From IMG/VR virus record IMGVR_UViG_3300030294_000005, positions 124,001 through 188,000 of that record: 64,000 nt of DNA, one strand, 5' to 3'. Below the pieces are notes generated by a model that made no database searches, was not told the DNA's origin, and was given only the letters and a program-made list of their open reading frames with translations. The position numbers were made by a program, and so were the translations under genes. Shown piece after piece: positions 58,343 to 64,000 of this stretch. Positions within the stretch are counted from its first letter, which is position 1, and every line of letters begins with the position of its first letter.

Positions 58343-58930
58343 ATGAAGATAGATTATGCTACTATAATGATTATATTAACCATTATTCTAGTTCCTATAA
58401 TAGTTCCTACATTAATTTTATGGTTAACCCATATAACTATGACCAAAGATTATTCTGAGAAATGGGCTTGGGGTAGTTTTAAGTCATTTAAAATTCAATT
58501 TGAAAAAAGTAATATGAAAAAAAATGAGTATCCTTTAGGAGGATACTCTAGCGGATTTGATTGTAAATGTGAATTTAATTTAGGTATTATAAAATTTAAT
58601 TATATAGGAATGTTACTCAATCCTATAGATTATATTAGAGCTGCATTGTATATCAAATCATTACCTAAAACTATACCTGATACTTTTGATTGGGAAGAAT
58701 TTAAAAAGGTATATTATATTATACTTATTAAAGATCATGAGCATCCTAAATATATACAGGTTTTAGATAATGGATATTTAATAACACCAGAGATTTGTGA
58801 TTCTACAAGATATACTTATAAGTATGATGCCGAAAAAGAATTAGATATAGTATCAGAAATATTTAAAAATAGAACATTTGAAATAATGGATATAGATGGA
58901 TATCTTAGTAGAGTGGATAGTTCGATATAA
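58343..58930 (+). CDS. hypothetical protein with N-terminal TM
   Basis: GAGGAG RBS; hydrophobic N-terminus. Confidence 0.7.
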   Translation: MKIDYATIMIILTIILVPIIVPTLILWLTHITMTKDYSEKWAWGSFKSFKIQFEKSNMKKNEYPLGGYSSGFDCKCEFNLGIIKFNYIGMLLNPIDYIRAALYIKSLPKTIPDTFDWEEFKKVYYIILIKDHEHPKYIQVLDNGYLITPEICDSTRYTYKYDAEKELDIVSEIFKNRTFEIMDIDGYLSRVDSSI

Positions 58931-58960
58931 AATGGGTTATTCAACCCATTTTTATTTTTT
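58929..58960 (+). terminator. intrinsic terminator
   Basis: AAAATGGGTT/AACCCATTTT stem and T-run. Confidence 0.7.
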
Positions 58961-59009
58961 ATTATAATGATAACTATTAAATAACCAATATATTTAGGAG
59001 GGATATAAT

Positions 59010-59315
59010 ATGAGTAATAATTCAGATCTTGAAACAGTTACTATGGAATTAATAGAATCTGACAAACTTACAAAAAATAGTAATGTCTATCCAGCTTCAA
59101 TTTTAGATAATAATAAAGAACTTCATTCTATAATAACACCTGTTATTACAAAACATAATATAGAAAAGTTATTTATACTAAATAAAGATTCTGTTAAAGA
59201 TATTGAAGATATTAAAAATATCTTAGACTTTATTATTAAAACATTAAATATACGATCAGGTGATGGAACTACATTATATGGTTTAAGTGAAATAATACAA
59301 TATTTAAAACAATAA
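59010..59315 (+). CDS. hypothetical protein
   Basis: AGGAGG RBS. Confidence 0.7.
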   Translation: MSNNSDLETVTMELIESDKLTKNSNVYPASILDNNKELHSIITPVITKHNIEKLFILNKDSVKDIEDIKNILDFIIKTLNIRSGDGTTLYGLSEIIQYLKQ

Positions 59316-59329
59316 AGGAGGAAATATAT

Positions 59330-60580
59330 ATGCCATCATTATTAGCAGAGAATTTTAGAACGGCAGTTTCTAAACTCAAAGATTATCGTATGAAAGTTGA
59401 AACAGAACATTCTGTAGGATATTCTACAGGATTTTTAAGTTTTGATTTTACTAATGGTACAGTTGTTCATGTAAACTCAAAGGAAAAGAAATTCGATTAT
59501 TATTCTATAGGAATTACAGATGGGTCTATGGTAATGGTAATAGGAAGAGCTGGTTGCGGTAAAACTACATGGGTAGTACAAGCGGCTGCAAATATTATAA
59601 GAGCTTTCAAAACATCATGCATATTTCATGATGATATTGAAGGTGGTATAAATGATTCAAGAACTGAATTACTTACAAAATTTCATGGAGATGAATTAAA
59701 AGATAAATATATTCATAGGAATACTGGTATAACAGCAGAAAACTTCTATGAAAGAATAAAGATAGTTCATGATATGAAAATTAATAATAGATCTGATTAT
59801 GAATATGATACAGGTCTTTATGATAGTTCAGGAAATAGAATATTTAAACTAGATCCTACAGTATATATATTAGATTCTTTAGCATTATTAATGCCAGAGC
59901 AGTATACAACTGAGGACGAATTATCTGGACAGATGTCTGCTACATCAACAGCTAGAGCCAATGCTAGTATCTTTAAGAGAATAGTTCCAATGCTAAAATC
60001 TGCAAATATAATTTTATTTGTAATTAATCATATAAATCAAAAGATTGAGATAAGTGCATTCTCTAGAACTAAATCTCAAGTTAGTTATTTAAAACAGGGT
60101 GAAACACTTCCAGGAGGAAATGCTCCAATCTATTTAGCTAATAATATGATAAGAGTAGATGATCATAGTAAGTTAAAAGAATCAGAAGGTTTTGGTATTG
60201 CTGGAACATTAGTAGACTTTACTTTAGTTAAATCAAGAACTAATAGAGCTGGTAGTGTTGCTACCTTAGTATTTGATCAAGAAAATGGTTACGATGAAGA
60301 GTTATCATTATTCTTCCTATTAAAAGAAGCAGGTAAGATTAATGGTGCAGGAGTTGGTTTATACTTAGGAGATAGAAATGATGTTAAGTTCTCACAGAAG
60401 AGCTTTAAAGATAAGATAGCCAAACATGATGATATAAAACAATTATTTATGGAAGAAGTAATAGTAGTATTAAAAGGAATATTAGAAAGTCAAGGATCTA
60501 ATAATAGTGAAACAGAAACCCGTTCTGATTTAGAATTGACCGATACTATTCTAAATATGATAAATGAAGAAGCAGCTTAA
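59330..60580 (+). CDS. recA: RecA/UvsX-like recombinase
   Basis: YSTGFLSFD, Walker A GRAGCGKTT, Walker B YILDSLA, FVINHI, LPGGNAPIY, VKSR. Confidence 0.88.
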   Translation: MPSLLAENFRTAVSKLKDYRMKVETEHSVGYSTGFLSFDFTNGTVVHVNSKEKKFDYYSIGITDGSMVMVIGRAGCGKTTWVVQAAANIIRAFKTSCIFHDDIEGGINDSRTELLTKFHGDELKDKYIHRNTGITAENFYERIKIVHDMKINNRSDYEYDTGLYDSSGNRIFKLDPTVYILDSLALLMPEQYTTEDELSGQMSATSTARANASIFKRIVPMLKSANIILFVINHINQKIEISAFSRTKSQVSYLKQGETLPGGNAPIYLANNMIRVDDHSKLKESEGFGIAGTLVDFTLVKSRTNRAGSVATLVFDQENGYDEELSLFFLLKEAGKINGAGVGLYLGDRNDVKFSQKSFKDKIAKHDDIKQLFMEEVIVVLKGILESQGSNNSETETRSDLELTDTILNMINEEAA

Positions 60581-60592
60581 AAAAATAGATAA

Positions 60593-60615
60593 TCATATAT
60601 TATATATCTGATAGA
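60593..60615 (+). promoter_or_regulatory. early-type promoter motif overlapped by a 12-bp inverted repeat (60604-60636)
   Basis: TCATATATTATATATCTGATAGA; stem ATATCTGATAGA/TCTATCAGATAT. Confidence 0.55.
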
Positions 60616-60670
60616 AGTTATGAATCTATCAGATATTTACATATTCTTAGTGTGAAGGGATGATTATGAT

Positions 60671-62854
60671 ATGGCAGATCCAAGTTTAATTAATAACGTT
60701 TTAGAAGCAGGAAAAAGATTAACATCAAAAGAACAAATGTTAGGTAAAGGATTGAATATGCCTTTTAACGCTCTAAATTCAGGAGCAAGAAAAATAATGT
60801 TTTCTACACAGATGGATCATCGTGTAGATTTGTTTAACCCAGAAGCCCCATTAATAAGCACGGGGTATGAAAATAGATTTGGTGAATATACATCTTCTTT
60901 TATCAAATCTGATAGTAGATATATGGTAATTGCTAAGATAGAAAAATTCTCTCATCTTCCAGGGCATCATTATTATTTAGTGTTAAAGAAGTTTGATAGT
61001 GATGAATATGAAATTATTGAGAGAGTAATGTATGAGCATGTTACTGAAGCTTACGGATATCTATATAATACAAAATATATGGATCATCTAAAGATTGGAA
61101 GTATAGTAGAAACTAATGATGTTATACGAAAAAGCACATCATATGATGAATATGATAATAGAATGGATGGGGTTAATTTAATAACAACATATCTATCTAA
61201 TGAAGATACAAAAGAAGATGGAATTGTAGTAGCAAGGTCTGTAACTGAAAAGTTAGCATGTCCATTAATTAAGACTATCCAAATAATAATCAATGATAAT
61301 GATATACCACTTAATATGTATGGCGATGATAATATATATAAAATAATGCCAGATATAGGAGAGAGCATAAAGAAGGGTATATTGTGTGCTATGAGAAGAG
61401 AGAAAAAAGAAGAATCATTATTTAATCAATCTCTTCAACATCTTCAATCATTAATGATGTCAGATGATAAGTTTATAGCAAAAGGACAAATTATAGATAT
61501 AGATGTATACTGTAATAATCCTGAGATATTAAAAGAATCATACTATGCTACACAAATAAAATATTATAGTGATAATAGTTTTAGATTTATGAATGATATT
61601 GTAAATGTTATTAAACCTATAATAGAAGATAATGTTAATAAGTGTAGTTATGAATTACAGAAAATATATTATGATTGTAAGAAGATAGTAGTAGATGGGA
61701 AGAAGTATATAAAAGATAAACCATTCTCTAATACTATAATAAATATAACTATATTAGAGAAGAGTGTATTAGCAGTAGGAGATAAGATATCTAATAGATA
61801 TGGTGGTAAAGGAGTAGTTTCTAAGATAAGAGAAGATGATCTAATGCCATTATTAAAAGATACAGGTGAGAGGGTTGAAGTAATATTTAATTCAGCAACA
61901 TGTATAAATAGAGAAAATATAGGTCAATTATTTGAGACATCGCTAAACGATATATCTAATAAATTACTTCATTATATGGAGAATGTATTAGATACAGATG
62001 AATGTAATGAGATGTATAGAGATTTGGTTTATTTAACTAATAGGGAACAAGGCGAGAAGGTAGATGAATTATTATCTAGATTATCTCCTGAAGAACAGCA
62101 TTATTTCTTTGACTCTGTAATATCAGATAGTGGCATAATGCTTAGTATGAAACCTATAAGTGATCCAATGAATATTGATATGCTGTCTGCAATATATGAT
62201 AAATTTCCTTATATAAAACAGCATAAGGTAACAGTGCCACAAAGGGATTCTAATGGTAATGTAAGATATCTAGAAACTAGAAGAAGATTGACTTGTGGAA
62301 AACAATATATCTATAGATTAAAACAATATGCTGAAGAAAAGTTTAGTGCGACTTCACTTTCTTCAACAAATATAAGAAATGAAAATAGTAGAAGCTCTGC
62401 TAAAAAATCTTATAAAACAATATTTACAAAAACTCCAATAAGATTTGGAGAAATGGAATCTGGAAACTTATTACATCTTGGTGCAGAAAATGTAGTTATT
62501 AACTTATTACTATATTCCGCATCTCCTAAAGGAAGAAGACTTGCTGAAGAATTATTAATTGGTAATCCGTTTGATATAAATGTTAAATTGGACGACCAAT
62601 CTACAAATAGAGGTGTTGAAATTCTTAATGCATATTTATTAACAATGGGATTAAGAATAGAATTTGTAAAAACACAAAAAACTAAAAAAGCACCTATTAA
62701 GTTTACACCTATTATAGTTCCAGCAAATAGAACTCCAATACGATTTGTTAATCCAGATGATAAGATGATTAAAGAGTATCTAGATAATTTTGGTAAGAAA
62801 TCAAAATCACCTATTAAATTTGTTCCAATATCATTTGTAGGAAGGACTGATTAA
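60671..62854 (+). CDS. rpoB: split RNA polymerase beta C-terminal subunit (probably non-virion RNAP)
   Basis: NSGARKIMFSTQMDH, EDGIVV, GDKISNRYGGKGVVS, NRENIGQLFE, GKQYIYRLKQ, RFGEME. Confidence 0.92.
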   Translation: MADPSLINNVLEAGKRLTSKEQMLGKGLNMPFNALNSGARKIMFSTQMDHRVDLFNPEAPLISTGYENRFGEYTSSFIKSDSRYMVIAKIEKFSHLPGHHYYLVLKKFDSDEYEIIERVMYEHVTEAYGYLYNTKYMDHLKIGSIVETNDVIRKSTSYDEYDNRMDGVNLITTYLSNEDTKEDGIVVARSVTEKLACPLIKTIQIIINDNDIPLNMYGDDNIYKIMPDIGESIKKGILCAMRREKKEESLFNQSLQHLQSLMMSDDKFIAKGQIIDIDVYCNNPEILKESYYATQIKYYSDNSFRFMNDIVNVIKPIIEDNVNKCSYELQKIYYDCKKIVVDGKKYIKDKPFSNTIINITILEKSVLAVGDKISNRYGGKGVVSKIREDDLMPLLKDTGERVEVIFNSATCINRENIGQLFETSLNDISNKLLHYMENVLDTDECNEMYRDLVYLTNREQGEKVDELLSRLSPEEQHYFFDSVISDSGIMLSMKPISDPMNIDMLSAIYDKFPYIKQHKVTVPQRDSNGNVRYLETRRRLTCGKQYIYRLKQYAEEKFSATSLSSTNIRNENSRSSAKKSYKTIFTKTPIRFGEMESGNLLHLGAENVVINLLLYSASPKGRRLAEELLIGNPFDINVKLDDQSTNRGVEILNAYLLTMGLRIEFVKTQKTKKAPIKFTPIIVPANRTPIRFVNPDDKMIKEYLDNFGKKSKSPIKFVPISFVGRTD

Positions 62855-62855
62855 A

Positions 62856-64000
62856 ATGAATGACATAATAAGGAAAGTTTTAGATGAAGTAAGACAAGGG
62901 AATAAAACTTTTCTTACTGATTTAGAAACTATGAGTAAGATAAACTCATATGTAGAAATGGTAATAAAATCAAATACACATTCCAATGATGATATAGAAA
63001 ATATGAAAGGTATGTTAGAGATTTCTAACATACTTTTTAATAACACAGATAGAGATTTTATATTATTAGAGGATGGGGTATATGATTTATTAATTGAAAA
63101 ATGTAAAAAATATGATCCAAATTATTTAGTAGGAGCAAAACCTGTTTATTTTGCTCCTACAAATAATGACTCATTGACTAAACTAAAATCAAAAGTTATA
63201 AGATTTGTTGATCAAGATAAGATAGATGATATGTTATATGGAAATGATATATTCAAATATGAAGAAATAAAAAGAACTGATATATTGAAGAGTCCAATAA
63301 CATTTAAGAATACTGATGTGATAGCTAAGAGAGTAGTAAATACAAAACATAACTATCCAAAATTAGTAGGGACTTTAGATAAGGGTAAATTTGTATTAAG
63401 TTCTCAAGCAAAAGAAAAAGGTGTATATGATGATAATAATGTAAAAATATTAGAAAGGGATTTCTTTAAGAAACATATAGATGATGGAATCTTAGATCCA
63501 AATAGAAAGTTCTATATAGTTGCAGAATTAAAATATGATGGAATTTCTGTTGAAGGAGATGTTACAAATCAGATAGAAGGAGGAAGAACTAGAGGAGATA
63601 CAAATGAAGATATTGCAGCTGACCTAACTCCTATATTAAGAGGTTATAGATTTAGATATGCTCCAATGATAGATGAAGCTTTTGGGATGAAATTTGAAGC
63701 TATAATGACTCATAATAATTTAGCAAAATATAATGTAATCAAACAGAAAGATTATAAGAATTGTAGAACTGCTATCTCTGGATTATTTGCATCGTCTGAT
63801 GCTCCACAGTTTAGAGACTTTATAACATTAGTACCTTTAGCAACTTCTATAGAAGACATTGATAGACTTTCTGAAATAGAATTTATGAATAAGTATTACA
63901 ATTCTGGAGAAAGATTAAGATATTCAGTATTGTATGGTAACTATGTAGATATACTATTTCAGATAAAGAAATTTGTAGAAGAGGCAGAATATCTTAGACC
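62856..64000 (+). CDS. ligA: NAD-dependent DNA ligase, N-terminal part (truncated by window end; not in ORF track)
   Basis: Open frame from ATG 62856: LEDGVYDLL (SDxEYD equivalent), HNYPKLVGTLDK, adenylation ELKYDG, TRGD..EDIAADLT. Confidence 0.8.
   Translation, partial: MNDIIRKVLDEVRQGNKTFLTDLETMSKINSYVEMVIKSNTHSNDDIENMKGMLEISNILFNNTDRDFILLEDGVYDLLIEKCKKYDPNYLVGAKPVYFAPTNNDSLTKLKSKVIRFVDQDKIDDMLYGNDIFKYEEIKRTDILKSPITFKNTDVIAKRVVNTKHNYPKLVGTLDKGKFVLSSQAKEKGVYDDNNVKILERDFFKKHIDDGILDPNRKFYIVAELKYDGISVEGDVTNQIEGGRTRGDTNEDIAADLTPILRGYRFRYAPMIDEAFGMKFEAIMTHNNLAKYNVIKQKDYKNCRTAISGLFASSDAPQFRDFITLVPLATSIEDIDRLSEIEFMNKYYNSGERLRYSVLYGNYVDILFQIKKFVEEAEYLR

Noticed and set aside
62356-62460. TPIRF in KTPIRFGEME counted as a docking-motif copy
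   Set aside because: It is part of the conserved beta-subunit core (RFGEME), so it was excluded from the motif count.
1521-63046. Antisense or nested ORFs in the track (e.g. 1521, 5292, 7905, 12629, 12891, 17790, 21622, 24881, 29324, 31045, 36583, 41572, 42560, 42984, 43102, 45325, 46498, 47731, 48225, 48699, 51824, 54535, 55501, 57922, 61084, 62831)
   Set aside because: They overlap well-supported genes on the opposite strand, lack RBSs and have shadow-frame composition.
1-64000. Stop-codon reassignment (TAG or TGA recoding) as in some gut jumbo phages
   Set aside because: Long conserved genes are intact under the standard code, and TAG/TGA end genes at sensible positions; coding density is already high.
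1-64000. tRNA, rRNA, CRISPR array, DGR, or introns/inteins in RNAP, topoisomerase, helicase and RecA genes
   Set aside because: No cloverleaf-like GC-rich segments, no regularly spaced repeats and no RT gene were seen; those ORFs are continuous, with no intein motifs recognised. tRNAscan or Infernal would be needed to exclude small RNAs formally.

Overview
A 64-kb stretch of a very AT-rich, gene-dense jumbo-phage genome of the phiKZ/AR9/PBS1-like lineage. Strong GGAGG ribosome-binding sites and an amidase endolysin with peptidoglycan-binding repeats suggest a low-GC Gram-positive, probably clostridial, host. The standard genetic code fits. The window holds four split multisubunit RNA-polymerase genes from two different enzymes: beta'N with the DFDGD motif, a beta' middle fragment, and a long and a short beta C-terminal fragment. 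Replication and recombination genes include a divergent PolB-like fragment, DnaB, a RecD/Dda-like helicase, RecA/UvsX, SbcD, a PD-(D/E)XK nuclease, a two-subunit type IIA topoisomerase preceded by a free-standing HNH endonuclease, and an NAD-dependent ligase cut off by the window end. It also has a tubulin/FtsZ-family protein, tail/baseplate and lysis genes, and many small hypothetical genes. Two recurring upstream motifs partition the genes: TTATATATTATA-N-ATATGA (early-like) and AACA-N6-TA (AR9-type late-like). About 25 intrinsic-terminator hairpins are visible. The most unusual observations are three: (i) an XRE helix-turn-helix regulator carrying an inserted copy of the phage's own RNAP beta' zinc-binding domain; (ii) a short x-[PVA]-[IV]-x-F motif repeated in the tails and insertions of RNAP beta, ligase, DnaB, SbcD and others, suggesting a shared docking system; (iii) a stand-alone Zn-finger protein with GF/Q-rich prion-like tails. 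All calls come from motif recognition by eye; no database searches were run.
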